From Elusimicrobiota bacterium (GTDB taxonomy: Bacteria; Elusimicrobiota; Endomicrobiia; Endomicrobiales; JBDRNC01), in assembly GCA_043811535.1 (NCBI GenBank), contig JBDRNC010000038.1:32001-96000 (forward strand): DNA of 64,000 nucleotides. Reading direction: 5' to 3'. The position numbers were made by a program, and so were the translations under genes. Of this stretch, positions 46,748-56,781 are shown piece by piece; position 1 is the first letter of the stretch; each line of letters opens with the position of its first letter. A model generated the notes under the pieces. The model was not told the origin of the DNA. It saw nothing but the letters and a program-made list of their open reading frames with translations, and searched no databases.

Positions 46748-49700
46748 ATGAAAAGAAAAACGCTCGGAAGAGTATTAGTTGCCGCGATTTTCGTATCCGC
46801 GTTCGTGTTTGCCGGCGGCGGAAGCCTTTATGCCGTAAATACCACGGTGATATCCGATTTTGAGAATATCTCTTCGTGGAAGAAAAACGCGGCGGAAAAG
46901 GTTGAGTTAAAGCTTTCGCAGGACAAGGGCAAGGCCGGCAAGGCGCTGGCGATGGATTTTGATTTTTCAAAAAACAAGGCGTACGTTATCGCGATCAAAA
47001 GCGTTGACATAAAGCTGGCCGAGAATTACCAGTTCACGTTCTATATCAAGGGCACATCCCCGGACAACACGTTTGAGTTTAAGATCGTGGACGATAACGG
47101 CAATACCTACTGGCGCAGGTTCGGCGATTTTGTCTTCCCTCTGCAATGGACGAAGATGACTATCAGCAAGGAGGATATCGGTTTTGCGTGGGGACCCGCG
47201 GCGGGGAAAGCGCTTAAAAAGATAAAAAGCATTGAATTGGCCGTTTCATGCGGAGCCGGCGGAGCCGGTAAGGTGTATTTTGACGAACTTTGCATTACGG
47301 AACTGCCTGTGTCGGAACTGGACAAATTCCGCGCTAACCATGATATTTCCGTGACCGCGTCCGGTTCCGAAGGGGAGCAGCTTCCGCAAAACGCCGCGGA
47401 CAACAACATGGGGACGCGCTGGAAAGCGGGGTATGCGGGGCCGGGCTGGATACAGATAGACATAGGAAAAGAAGAGGATATCGCGGGAGCCGTCATATTA
47501 TGGGAAGCACACGCGTCAAAATACGACATATATGTTTCCAGGGACGGAAAGAGCATGAAGAAAGTGTTTTCTGCGAGCGAGGGCGACGGAAAGAGCGATG
47601 TTGTGTATTTCAAGCCGGAAAAAGCGCGCTATATAAAGATTGACTGCAGGGAATCGGCTTCATCGATGCCGTTCTCAATATATGAAATCAAGGTCATTCC
47701 CACAAGTCTCTATCCGGAAGTGCAGGCGGCCTCAAACGCGGATACCGCCAGGAATATCCTTGACGGCGACATGAATACGCAGTGGACGGGGAAGAGTTCC
47801 AGTCAAAAGCTCGTAATAGATTTCAAGGAAATTCAGAATTTTGGAGGAATCATTGTTTATTGGGGAGATTGCGTCATCAATAGCAGGAAAATATCCGTTT
47901 CCGGAGATATGGATAATTGGGAGGAAATATACAGCTCAAAAAGAGAGACGCGGGGCGTTGAAAAGATTTATCCGGAAGCGTTTAACGCGAGGTACATAAG
48001 AATCGAGGCTTCGTCAAAAGGGCGTCCGGTCTCAATCAGGGAAGTGACGCCGCGCAGGCAGGATGAAAAAGGGAGTAATCAAATATTCTTCCAGGTCGCC
48101 GCCGAAAAAAACCCGAAAGGGCTTTATCCGAGATGGGTCACGCGGGAGCAGGAGTTCTGGACGCTTGTCGGCGTCACAGATGACGATGTGGAGAGCCTGT
48201 TTTCGGAAGACGGAGTCATAGAACCGTGGCATTACAGCTCTTCATTCGCCCCGTTTGTCAGGATAGGCGATAAGCTGGTGACGCGCTGCGACGTTGAGGT
48301 GACGCAGTCGCTGGAGGACGGTTATCTGCCGCTGCCGAAAGTCACGTGGAAGGGCAGGGATTTTGAAATGGAAATCAAGGCCTACGGCGCCGATGAAGGC
48401 ATGAAATCTTCGACATACATGCAGTACACGATAATAAACAGAAAGAAGGATCCTCTAAAGGGGAAATTCTATCTTGCGGCGCGCCCGTTCCAGGTAAACC
48501 CGCCGTGGCAGGGAGGGGGCGGGCTGTCGGGCATTTCCGAAATAGAATATGACTTCAAGAAGCCGGGAATGATGAAAATAAACGGCAAAAACGCGCTTTA
48601 CGCGCCGGTAGCCCCGGATAAATACGGGACTTCGGTTTTCGGGAGAGACGATATCTACGGGGATATATCGGAAGATATCCTTAAGGGAAAACTATCCGGC
48701 CAGGTTAAGAAATTCACCGATTCGAAAGGCTACGGCTCGGCCGCGCTCGAATATGATTTCAATATACCCGCCAGCGGGACGCGCAGTTTCTATTTTGCCA
48801 TCCCGCTTCACGGCAATGACAACCAGATAGACAAAAAAATAGATTCATCCAAAATAGATGCGTATTTCGGCGGCAAGTACGAATCCGTCAGAAAATTGTG
48901 GACAGAGAAACTTGACCGCGTGAAGATTGAGCTTCCGGACATGGAGTTCGTCAACACCCTGAAATCCCAGATAGCCTACATACTGCTCAATGACGATAAT
49001 TACAGGCTTCAGCCGGGTTCCAGAAACTATGAAAAATCCTGGATAAGGGACGGTTCCGTAACCGCAAGGGCCCTGCTGTCCATGGGGTATGACGACGAAG
49101 TGAAGCGCTACCTGAACTGGTTCAATAAGTTCATAAAAGATGACGGCTGGATACCGTTCATCGTGGACGGGAATGACCAGATCGTAACCTGGGGCTGGAA
49201 GGAGTATGACAGCCAGGGGCAATACCTGTTCGCGGTGTATGAATACTTCATGTTCACCAAAGACATGGAATTCCTTAAAAGAAGCAAGAATCATATAATT
49301 AACGACGTAAAGTTTATCCAGGGGTTGAGGGCCCAGCGCAAAACCGCCGATTACGCGTCAGATCCGGAAAAGAAAAGATTCTACGGCATCTTTCCCGAAT
49401 CGGCAAGCCATGAGGGCTATGTCGACCATCCGATGCACAGCTACTGGGATGACTTTTACGGCATACTCGGGATGAAGGACGCGGTGCTGGCTTTAAAGGC
49501 TCTCGGCGACGACGAAAAAGCGAAGTGGGCCGATGATGAAAGAAAGGACTTCCAGGAGTGTTTTTACCGCTCAATCCAGGAAGTCAGCAAGAAATTCAAG
49601 ATAGATTACATACCGGGATGCGCCGACATCTGGTGGGCCGACCCTACTGCCACCGCGATTGGAGCATGGCCGTGCCTGGAGCTTGACAACATGCCCAAGG

Positions 49701-50308
49701 ATCTTACAGAGAATACCTTTGAGCTTTACTGGAAGAACCTTGCATACAGGATAAAAGGGGAGTGGGGCGGGGATTTTACCCCGTATGAGCTGAGGATCGC
49801 CAACGCCTTCCTTATGATGGGCGAAACTGAAAAGCTGAACAAGATGATATCGAGCTATTTCACGTGGAAGTATCCGAGGGAATGGAACCACTGGGCCGAA
49901 GTCGTTGTGAGGAACCCGAGAGCGGAGCATTACATCGGGGACATGCCGCATACATGGATAGGTTCGGATTACATATGCGTGATAAGGAACATGTTCATAC
50001 TTGAAGAAGGCGATACCCTGTATCTGGGCAAGGGCATATGCAAGGAGTGGCTGGAAAACGGGAAAAGGATATCCATCACTGATATGCCGACCCATTTCGG
50101 CAAAATCTCCTACAACGTGGAATCGCTGGATAACAAGATAAAGATAAACATAAGCGGGAATCTGAAGAATATCGCGAAAACAATATTTGTTATTCCTAAG
50201 CTGGATTCTCCCGTGAAAAGTGTTGAGTTGAACGGAAAATCCTGCGAAATGAAGAAGGGCGGGATTGAAATAGACAAACTGCCGTCGGAAATATCCATAT
50301 ACTACTGA
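46748..50308 (+). CDS. Secreted CBM11-like + 2x CBM32 + (alpha/alpha)6 glycosidase-like protein
   Basis: Signal peptide; LQPGSRNYEKSWIRDG, EYDSQGQ, ESASHEGY, HSYWDDF, TPYELR, GDMPHTW. Confidence 0.75.
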   Translation: MKRKTLGRVLVAAIFVSAFVFAGGGSLYAVNTTVISDFENISSWKKNAAEKVELKLSQDKGKAGKALAMDFDFSKNKAYVIAIKSVDIKLAENYQFTFYIKGTSPDNTFEFKIVDDNGNTYWRRFGDFVFPLQWTKMTISKEDIGFAWGPAAGKALKKIKSIELAVSCGAGGAGKVYFDELCITELPVSELDKFRANHDISVTASGSEGEQLPQNAADNNMGTRWKAGYAGPGWIQIDIGKEEDIAGAVILWEAHASKYDIYVSRDGKSMKKVFSASEGDGKSDVVYFKPEKARYIKIDCRESASSMPFSIYEIKVIPTSLYPEVQAASNADTARNILDGDMNTQWTGKSSSQKLVIDFKEIQNFGGIIVYWGDCVINSRKISVSGDMDNWEEIYSSKRETRGVEKIYPEAFNARYIRIEASSKGRPVSIREVTPRRQDEKGSNQIFFQVAAEKNPKGLYPRWVTREQEFWTLVGVTDDDVESLFSEDGVIEPWHYSSSFAPFVRIGDKLVTRCDVEVTQSLEDGYLPLPKVTWKGRDFEMEIKAYGADEGMKSSTYMQYTIINRKKDPLKGKFYLAARPFQVNPPWQGGGGLSGISEIEYDFKKPGMMKINGKNALYAPVAPDKYGTSVFGRDDIYGDISEDILKGKLSGQVKKFTDSKGYGSAALEYDFNIPASGTRSFYFAIPLHGNDNQIDKKIDSSKIDAYFGGKYESVRKLWTEKLDRVKIELPDMEFVNTLKSQIAYILLNDDNYRLQPGSRNYEKSWIRDGSVTARALLSMGYDDEVKRYLNWFNKFIKDDGWIPFIVDGNDQIVTWGWKEYDSQGQYLFAVYEYFMFTKDMEFLKRSKNHIINDVKFIQGLRAQRKTADYASDPEKKRFYGIFPESASHEGYVDHPMHSYWDDFYGILGMKDAVLALKALGDDEKAKWADDERKDFQECFYRSIQEVSKKFKIDYIPGCADIWWADPTATAIGAWPCLELDNMPKDLTENTFELYWKNLAYRIKGEWGGDFTPYELRIANAFLMMGETEKLNKMISSYFTWKYPREWNHWAEVVVRNPRAEHYIGDMPHTWIGSDYICVIRNMFILEEGDTLYLGKGICKEWLENGKRISITDMPTHFGKISYNVESLDNKIKINISGNLKNIAKTIFVIPKLDSPVKSVELNGKSCEMKKGGIEIDKLPSEISIYY

Positions 50309-50317
50309 AGTACGCGG

Positions 50318-50350
50318 GGCGGCTCTGTTTAATAAAACAGGGCCGCCTTT
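50318..50350 (+). terminator. Terminator hairpin
   Basis: GGCGGCTCTGTTT-AATA-AAACAGGGCCGCC-TTT. Confidence 0.7.
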
Positions 50351-50387
50351 CTAGCCGCCTTTCAAAAATAATATTTTAAAGGAGCAC

Positions 50388-50437
50388 TTGACATTGAGGG
50401 GGGCTTTGTTTTATAATGAAGTATGCCCACGTGGGCA
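50388..50437 (+). promoter_or_regulatory. Promoter and LacI operator
   Basis: TTGACA-18 bp-TATAAT; perfect palindrome TGCCCACGTGGGCA (50424-50437). Confidence 0.8.
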
Positions 50438-50465
50438 GTATATATGCCTCAAGCGGAGTAAATAC

Positions 50466-51455
50466 ATGAATTTAGAAAAGATAGCCGGTAAATTGAGGAT
50501 TTCAAGAAGGACGGTTTCACGCGTGCTCAAGAACGATAAATACGTGGATGAGGGTAAAAGAAAGAGGGTGCTCAAGTACTTAAAGAAAAATAGGTACGTG
50601 CCGAACTTCAACGCATCAAGCCTTGCGGTCAGAAATTCAAAGGTAGTGAGCATGGTCCTGCCCCGGGGTGTTATAATGAGCATTGATTACTTCCTGGCGG
50701 AAACAATCAAGTGTCTGTCTTTGGAACTGGAGAAAAACGGGCATTACCTGATGATATTCACGGACGAAAAGCACGAGTACGAAAAGCTGTTCGGCCTGTA
50801 CGAAAGCAAAACCGTAGGGGGTTTTGTTATTTTCAGCCCTTCTAATAATGATGTTGGGTACATGAACGAGATCAGAAAAAGCAAAATTCCCGCGGTTATA
50901 GTGTTCTCGCATTTTAAAGGAATTGATTCATTTTCGTGCGATAATTTCAATGGCGCGTACGCCGCGACAAAGCACCTTATAGACAGCGGGAAAAGAAATA
51001 TCGGATTTATCCACGGCCACCTGAGCTGGGTAGATTCGCAAGACAGATTTTTCGGGTATTTGAGCGCGCTGAAAGATGCCGGCGTAAAATACCGCCCGGA
51101 ATTGGTCAAAATAGGGTATTTTGACTACGAAGGAGGCAGAAAAGCGGCTGAGGAAATGTTAAGCGAGGGAAAGGCCGACGCGATATTCGCGGCTAACGAC
51201 AAGATGGCCATCGGCGCGATATACGCTATCAACGGGGCCGGTAAAAGCGTTCCGGAGGATATTGCGGTCGTTGGATTTGACGATATTCTTGAAGGCAAAT
51301 TCATAAGTCCTTCCCTGACGACCGTAAGCCAGCCGATAGGCGTAATCATAGAAAATGCCGCGAGAAGGCTGAGCGAGAGAATGAAAAGCAAGAAATTCCT
51401 GGACCCGATATTTAAAACGTATGAGCCGGACCTCATAAAGAGAAAATCAGCATAG
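50466..51455 (+). CDS. LacI-family regulator (paralog of 45730)
   Basis: [41 protein letters not shown]. Confidence 0.92.
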   Translation: MNLEKIAGKLRISRRTVSRVLKNDKYVDEGKRKRVLKYLKKNRYVPNFNASSLAVRNSKVVSMVLPRGVIMSIDYFLAETIKCLSLELEKNGHYLMIFTDEKHEYEKLFGLYESKTVGGFVIFSPSNNDVGYMNEIRKSKIPAVIVFSHFKGIDSFSCDNFNGAYAATKHLIDSGKRNIGFIHGHLSWVDSQDRFFGYLSALKDAGVKYRPELVKIGYFDYEGGRKAAEEMLSEGKADAIFAANDKMAIGAIYAINGAGKSVPEDIAVVGFDDILEGKFISPSLTTVSQPIGVIIENAARRLSERMKSKKFLDPIFKTYEPDLIKRKSA

Positions 51456-51468
51456 GGAGGTTAGAGCC

Positions 51469-52440
51469 ATGAAAAGGGCATTACTTGCGGTGATGTTGAT
51501 TGTTTTTGTTGCGTGCGCGGCGGAATTGCGCGCCAAGACGCTGCTGGACGGTTTTGAGGACGCGTCTACCTGGAACTGGATGGGGGGCGACATCGTTCCG
51601 GAACCGGAGAAAGGAATGCAGAAAAAGTGCGTCGGTTTTAAATTCGGGCTGACTGACGAAATAACTTGGGCCGGAGTGGCAAGGGAATACGATCCACCGA
51701 TAAATTTACCGAGTAATTATAACATTGAGTTCTATATAAAGGGGGAAGGTAAGAAGAACACTCTTGAGTTTAAACTGATGGGTGTGGATGGGAACGTTTT
51801 CATGAAAAAGTGGAATGGTTTTGAACTGCCCGGCGCATGGAAGAAAATGACGATTGACAGGGAAGAGATCACTTTCGGATGGGGGCCTGATCCGAAGGCT
51901 GTTCTTGAGAAAGTGAAAAGAATAGAGGTTGTCATATCAAAAGGGGAGGGAGGAGCCGGAAAGGTGTATGTGGACGAGCTGTCCCTGAATGAAATGGGGT
52001 CTTCGGATATCACCTCAAAGATCACTGAAAACCGCAAAGCGACGGCGTCGTCAAACGAGGCGAAAAACACACCGGAATTCGCGGTTGACGACAATATGGC
52101 GACGCGCTGGAGCAGCGAATTTTCCGACCCGCAGTGGATTGAAATTGAATTTGAGGACTCCGTGCCTGTTGATAAAATTAAATTGTGCTGGGAAAGCGCA
52201 TATGCCAAAGAGTATCAGGTCCAGGTTTCCGATGACAAGAAGAAATGGTACGTAGTGTATGAAGAAAAGAACGGCTCGGGAGGCACTAACATAATAAGGT
52301 TCAACCCGGTCTCCGTAAAATACCTTAAAGTCTACGGGGTGTCAAGGGGGACTGATTGGGGATATTCCCTGTGGGAAATTGAAGCATACCGCGCGAACGG
52401 CAATCCGGTTCCGCTTTCAAAATTCAAGCAGGCCGAGTAA
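51469..52440 (+). CDS. Secreted non-catalytic CBM11-like + CBM32 protein
   Basis: Signal peptide; resembles the N-terminus of 46748 (ITFGWGP); AVDDNMATRWSS..YSLWE. Confidence 0.75.
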   Translation: MKRALLAVMLIVFVACAAELRAKTLLDGFEDASTWNWMGGDIVPEPEKGMQKKCVGFKFGLTDEITWAGVAREYDPPINLPSNYNIEFYIKGEGKKNTLEFKLMGVDGNVFMKKWNGFELPGAWKKMTIDREEITFGWGPDPKAVLEKVKRIEVVISKGEGGAGKVYVDELSLNEMGSSDITSKITENRKATASSNEAKNTPEFAVDDNMATRWSSEFSDPQWIEIEFEDSVPVDKIKLCWESAYAKEYQVQVSDDKKKWYVVYEEKNGSGGTNIIRFNPVSVKYLKVYGVSRGTDWGYSLWEIEAYRANGNPVPLSKFKQAE

Positions 52441-52457
52441 ATTAAAGGAGATCTTAC

Positions 52458-55241
52458 ATGAAACTTATCGCATCCCGTTTAAAAGTGTTTTTTGCGGTTT
52501 TAGCGCTGTCAATTGCGGCTTTCGGGAACTGTTTCGCGAGCTGGGACGATATTTCCATGTGGAATACCGGTGAAAAAGAGGGTTCTACCAAGGTCAAATT
52601 CGAGCAATTCAAGGGAATCAACGGCGACGGGATAAAAGTGAATATCGAGCTTCCCGACGATAAACACGGGTACGTCGTGTTGAAAAGAAAAATGGACGGA
52701 AAGTATTCGCCCGATGTCCCGTTTGTTTTCAAGGTCAAATCGGGCGTGGCGGCGAACCTTGAGATAAAGATGATAGATAAAGACGGCTCGAATTTCGTCA
52801 AGTTCATAGACATGAAAGGCAAATTCAAGGATTGGGAGCAGGTCACGGTTTACCTGGACAACCTGGATTACGGGTGGGGCGGGGACGACAAGTTCGGAGA
52901 ATTTGACAATTTCTGCATCGGAATATCCGGGAAAAATACGAAAGGCACGGTGTGGCTTGACGAATTAGGCCTCGGCGAAAAAGGCGCGCGCTCTTCATTC
53001 CCGATATCCAGGAAGAAAATGGAGGCCTACTACGAAAAAGCGGCCGCGGCTGCCCCGCTCGGATATTTTCCGAGATGGCTCGTAAAGCAGCAGAGTTACT
53101 GGACGGTAGCCGGCGTGGACTACGATGAGCAGGAAACGCTTGTAAGCGAAGAAGGCAATATAGAACCGTTCTTTCATGCGTTCTCGGTCCAGCCGTTCCT
53201 TTACATAGACGGCTCGCTTATTTCATACGGGCAGGTTGAATGCTCGCAGTCGATGGAAAAAAGATACGTGCCGGTTTACACGGTGAACTGGAAAAAAGAC
53301 GCCCTTGACCTTGAGCAAACAATATTCGCCTCGGGCGAAGCGGGCAAGTCCGGCGATTATGTACGGTATGTATTGAAGAACAGCGGCGGCAAGGCGGTCT
53401 CCGGGAAATTATTCCTGGTCTTCAGGCCCTTGCAGGTCAATCCTCCGTGGCAATACGGCGGGTTTGCCGAGATAGCCAGCATCGGATACGGGAAGGCGGA
53501 ATATCCTGAAGTGAAAATAAACGGTTTGACGGCACTCGTCTCGTTCACCGAGCCGGGCGGGTTCGGCGCGCAGGAGTTCGGGGACAGCGAAATCATAGAA
53601 ACTATCCGCAAAGGGCGGCTTCCCGGAAAGAAGGAAGTCAAGGACTCGTACAGCCTGGCCTCGGGCGCGCTGGCGTATGATTTCAGCGTTGAGGCGGGAA
53701 AAACGGCGGAGTACTATTTCTACCTGCCTATCCATCCGGAAAGTAGATATGACAAGTTCGCGCAGGGCGAATCCACGCGCGCGTATTTTGACAGGAAACT
53801 CAAGGAAACCGCGGCGATGTGGGAGAAAAGGATCAATATCGCTGAACTGATAGTCCCGGAGCCGGATATCTCCGATTTCGTCAAATCCAACATAGGATAC
53901 ATCCTCATAAACAGGGACAGGGCGCTTATCCAGCCGGGTTCCAGGAACTATCAGAGGTCTTTCGTGCGTGACGGGGCGATACTAAGCACGACTCTGCTGA
54001 GCCTGGGATACACCGACGAGGTAAAGGAATACATAGAGTTCACCGCGAAATCCATCCGCAAGGACGGCTTCGTGCCTTTCATAATGGAAGTGGATAAAAT
54101 GCCGGATTACGTGAAGGACTGGGTTGAGCTTGACAGCCAGGGCGAGTTCGTTTTCCTTGTAATGGAATACTACCGCTACACCGGCGACAAGGCGTTTCTT
54201 GAGAAATACGCGCCGGCAGTGAAGAAGGCGCTTGAATATATCGTCACGGTCAGGAGCACGCGGCTGACGCCCGAGTTCAAAGACGGGCCGGATGACAAGA
54301 AAAAATTCTACGGATTGCTTCCGGAATCCAACAGCCACGAGGGATATTTTCCGGGCGTGCACAGCTACTGGGACGACTTCTGGGCCGTCAAGGGGTGGAA
54401 AGACGCGAATGAGATGGCGAAAATACTCGGAGACAGGAAAATGGAAAAGTGGACGCGCGAACAGGGCAAGGATTTTGAGAAAACCTTTTACGATTCCATG
54501 CGCCTCGTCATGAAGATCAAGAACCTGGATTTCATTCCGGCCAGCGCGGACTACGCCGATTTCGACCCGACGAGCACCTCGATAGGAATATCCCCGTGCG
54601 GGGAATATAAGAACCTGCCCGAAAAAGTGCTGAAAGACACGTTTAAAAAGTATTACAGGAACACGTTTGAGCCGAAATTGAATCCCGCTTGGCAGGGCAG
54701 TTACACGCCTTATGAGCAGAGGAACATATTCTCGTTTATTATGATGGGACAGAAGGAGAAAGCGCTGCCCATGATGAGATTATTCGTCTCCCACACGCGC
54801 CCCCGCGCGTGGAACCATCTCGCGGAGGTCGTATACAGCAATTACAGGGAGCCGAAATACATCGGCGACATGCCCCATACATGGATAGGCGGCGAGGTGG
54901 TAAATACCGTAAGGCTGATGCTTGCGCGCGAGAAAGAAGAAAAACTGATCCTTGCCGAAGTCATAGACAGGGAGTGGCTGAAGGCGCCCGGAGGCGTCGG
55001 CGTTAAAAACCTGCACACGCACTGGGGAATATTGAACTATATCGCGAGGCAGACGGAAAATCAGATTAAGATAAGCGTTTCGGGAACGGCAAAACCGCCC
55101 AAGGGATTCGTTTTTGTTCTGCCCGAAGGGATAGAAGCAACTCAGGTCAGCATTAACGGTTCGCTGGCTTCAATAAAACCCGGGAATACCATTGAGTTCA
55201 TCCAACTGCCCTCGGAGATCACGGTTAAAATAAGAGAATAA
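52458..55241 (+). CDS. Secreted CBM11-like + (alpha/alpha)6 glycosidase-like protein (catalytic paralog of 46748)
   Basis: IQPGSRNYQRSFVRDG, ELDSQGE, ESNSHEGY, HSYWDDF, GDMPHTW. Confidence 0.75.
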   Translation: MKLIASRLKVFFAVLALSIAAFGNCFASWDDISMWNTGEKEGSTKVKFEQFKGINGDGIKVNIELPDDKHGYVVLKRKMDGKYSPDVPFVFKVKSGVAANLEIKMIDKDGSNFVKFIDMKGKFKDWEQVTVYLDNLDYGWGGDDKFGEFDNFCIGISGKNTKGTVWLDELGLGEKGARSSFPISRKKMEAYYEKAAAAAPLGYFPRWLVKQQSYWTVAGVDYDEQETLVSEEGNIEPFFHAFSVQPFLYIDGSLISYGQVECSQSMEKRYVPVYTVNWKKDALDLEQTIFASGEAGKSGDYVRYVLKNSGGKAVSGKLFLVFRPLQVNPPWQYGGFAEIASIGYGKAEYPEVKINGLTALVSFTEPGGFGAQEFGDSEIIETIRKGRLPGKKEVKDSYSLASGALAYDFSVEAGKTAEYYFYLPIHPESRYDKFAQGESTRAYFDRKLKETAAMWEKRINIAELIVPEPDISDFVKSNIGYILINRDRALIQPGSRNYQRSFVRDGAILSTTLLSLGYTDEVKEYIEFTAKSIRKDGFVPFIMEVDKMPDYVKDWVELDSQGEFVFLVMEYYRYTGDKAFLEKYAPAVKKALEYIVTVRSTRLTPEFKDGPDDKKKFYGLLPESNSHEGYFPGVHSYWDDFWAVKGWKDANEMAKILGDRKMEKWTREQGKDFEKTFYDSMRLVMKIKNLDFIPASADYADFDPTSTSIGISPCGEYKNLPEKVLKDTFKKYYRNTFEPKLNPAWQGSYTPYEQRNIFSFIMMGQKEKALPMMRLFVSHTRPRAWNHLAEVVYSNYREPKYIGDMPHTWIGGEVVNTVRLMLAREKEEKLILAEVIDREWLKAPGGVGVKNLHTHWGILNYIARQTENQIKISVSGTAKPPKGFVFVLPEGIEATQVSINGSLASIKPGNTIEFIQLPSEITVKIRE

Positions 55242-55242
55242 A

Positions 55243-56781
55243 ATGAGATATTTATTAGTGCTGTTCTCGGCGCTCTTTTGCTTTTCGGCATATTCTTCCG
55301 CCGGGTTTATTAAACCGGAAAGCAAGGGCAAGATAAAGGTAGCAGGCCGGCATATCTACGTTAACGGGAAACCGTTCTTTATCAAAGGCGTGGGCTACCA
55401 GGCGATGCCGATAGGCGAAACCCTGGGATTCCCTGTATACGAGCATAAAGAAATCTACGAAAGAGACCTTGCTCTTTTGAGAGAGATGGGCTGCAATACT
55501 ATAAGGACATGGGACAAGATCACCGGCGATGGATTGATAGACGCATGCTGGAATAACGGCGACCGCCCGATATATCTGATAACCGGCCCTTTTCTGGACC
55601 CGGCGGATATTCAAACAGAGAGCGGCAGAAACAAGGTGATGCAGGAATGGCGGGAGTTTATCACGAAGTACAAGGACCACCCGGCGATTCTAATGTGGCA
55701 GGCGGGGAACGAGGCGAATTACGCCTTTGGCAAGGGAGACTCGCGTCCTTTGTTCCGGATGATAAACGATATCGCTAAAATGGCCTATGAAATTGAAGGA
55801 GAGAATTACCACCCGTTTACAACCGCGAACGGCGGGATGTACGATATAGGCGAAAATAAACGGGGCGCCGACGACGGGTCAATGGATTACCTGGACGCTT
55901 GGGGAGCTAATTGTTACCCCGGAAAGTCGTTCTGGGATCTCTTCCAGGATTATGCCTCAAGAAGCGAAAAGCCGTTCTGGCTTTCAGAATACGGGTGCGA
56001 CGCTTTTGATGTCAGGACCGGCAAAGAAAATCAGGAAGAACATTCGATATATGTGACGGCGCTTTACAAGGAAATGGAGGATAACTCGGATATCTGTTCG
56101 GGCGGTACTATAATGGCGTATTCGGACGAGTGGTGGAAGGCGGGCAACAACTCGCAGCACGACAGCGGCGGGTGGAAACACGGGGGATTATTTGACGGAA
56201 TGGCAAACGAGGAATGGTGGGGCGTTATAGCCGTGGAAAAACAGGCCGGAAGAGAAGATAAAGCCCTGCCGCGCAAGGTTTATTACGACCTTGCGAATGA
56301 ATGGAAGAAAGAAGTGGTGATTAAAAAACCTAAAAAGGATATTAGAACGGTTAAACTGGCGCCAGGGGATCCTATCCTGCCCGGTGACATTGTTTCCATA
56401 AAGGCTTCATCGGAAAATGACGCCGAATCGAAAGCTGTTTACGCGGCGGACGGGAAATACAGGACTAGATGGGATTCCGCGCACGGCGTTGACCCCGCGT
56501 GGCTGATGATAGAGCTGAATGAACGGAAAAAGATAAGCGGGATACACATAAAATGGGAAGTGGCTTCAGCGAAAAAATACAGGATAGAGTTCTCAAATGA
56601 CGGAAAGTCGTGGTCCGGGGACTTGCCGGTCAGCGACGGCGCGGAAAGAGAGGAAAGGATAATCTATTTTGACCCGCGAAACGCGAAATATGTAAGGATA
56701 TTCTGCGAAGAACGCGCGACTGAATGGGGTTATTCCATATGGGAAGTAAAACTGAATCCGGATATTGAGAAAAATAAATGA
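55243..56781 (+). CDS. Secreted clan GH-A (GH2-like TIM barrel) hydrolase + CBM32
   Basis: VNGKPFFIKGVGY, MGCNTIRTW, HPAILMWQAGNE, SEYGCD, DEWWK, NEEWWG. Confidence 0.8.
   Translation: MRYLLVLFSALFCFSAYSSAGFIKPESKGKIKVAGRHIYVNGKPFFIKGVGYQAMPIGETLGFPVYEHKEIYERDLALLREMGCNTIRTWDKITGDGLIDACWNNGDRPIYLITGPFLDPADIQTESGRNKVMQEWREFITKYKDHPAILMWQAGNEANYAFGKGDSRPLFRMINDIAKMAYEIEGENYHPFTTANGGMYDIGENKRGADDGSMDYLDAWGANCYPGKSFWDLFQDYASRSEKPFWLSEYGCDAFDVRTGKENQEEHSIYVTALYKEMEDNSDICSGGTIMAYSDEWWKAGNNSQHDSGGWKHGGLFDGMANEEWWGVIAVEKQAGREDKALPRKVYYDLANEWKKEVVIKKPKKDIRTVKLAPGDPILPGDIVSIKASSENDAESKAVYAADGKYRTRWDSAHGVDPAWLMIELNERKKISGIHIKWEVASAKKYRIEFSNDGKSWSGDLPVSDGAEREERIIYFDPRNAKYVRIFCEERATEWGYSIWEVKLNPDIEKNK

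Noticed and set aside
45688..50465. ORF-track starts at 45688 and 50388 for the LacI genes (likewise 1651, 11981, 13150, 16514, 20996, 25814)
   Set aside because: They fall in promoters, operators or upstream genes; downstream starts with an RBS or the HTH at the N-terminus fit better.
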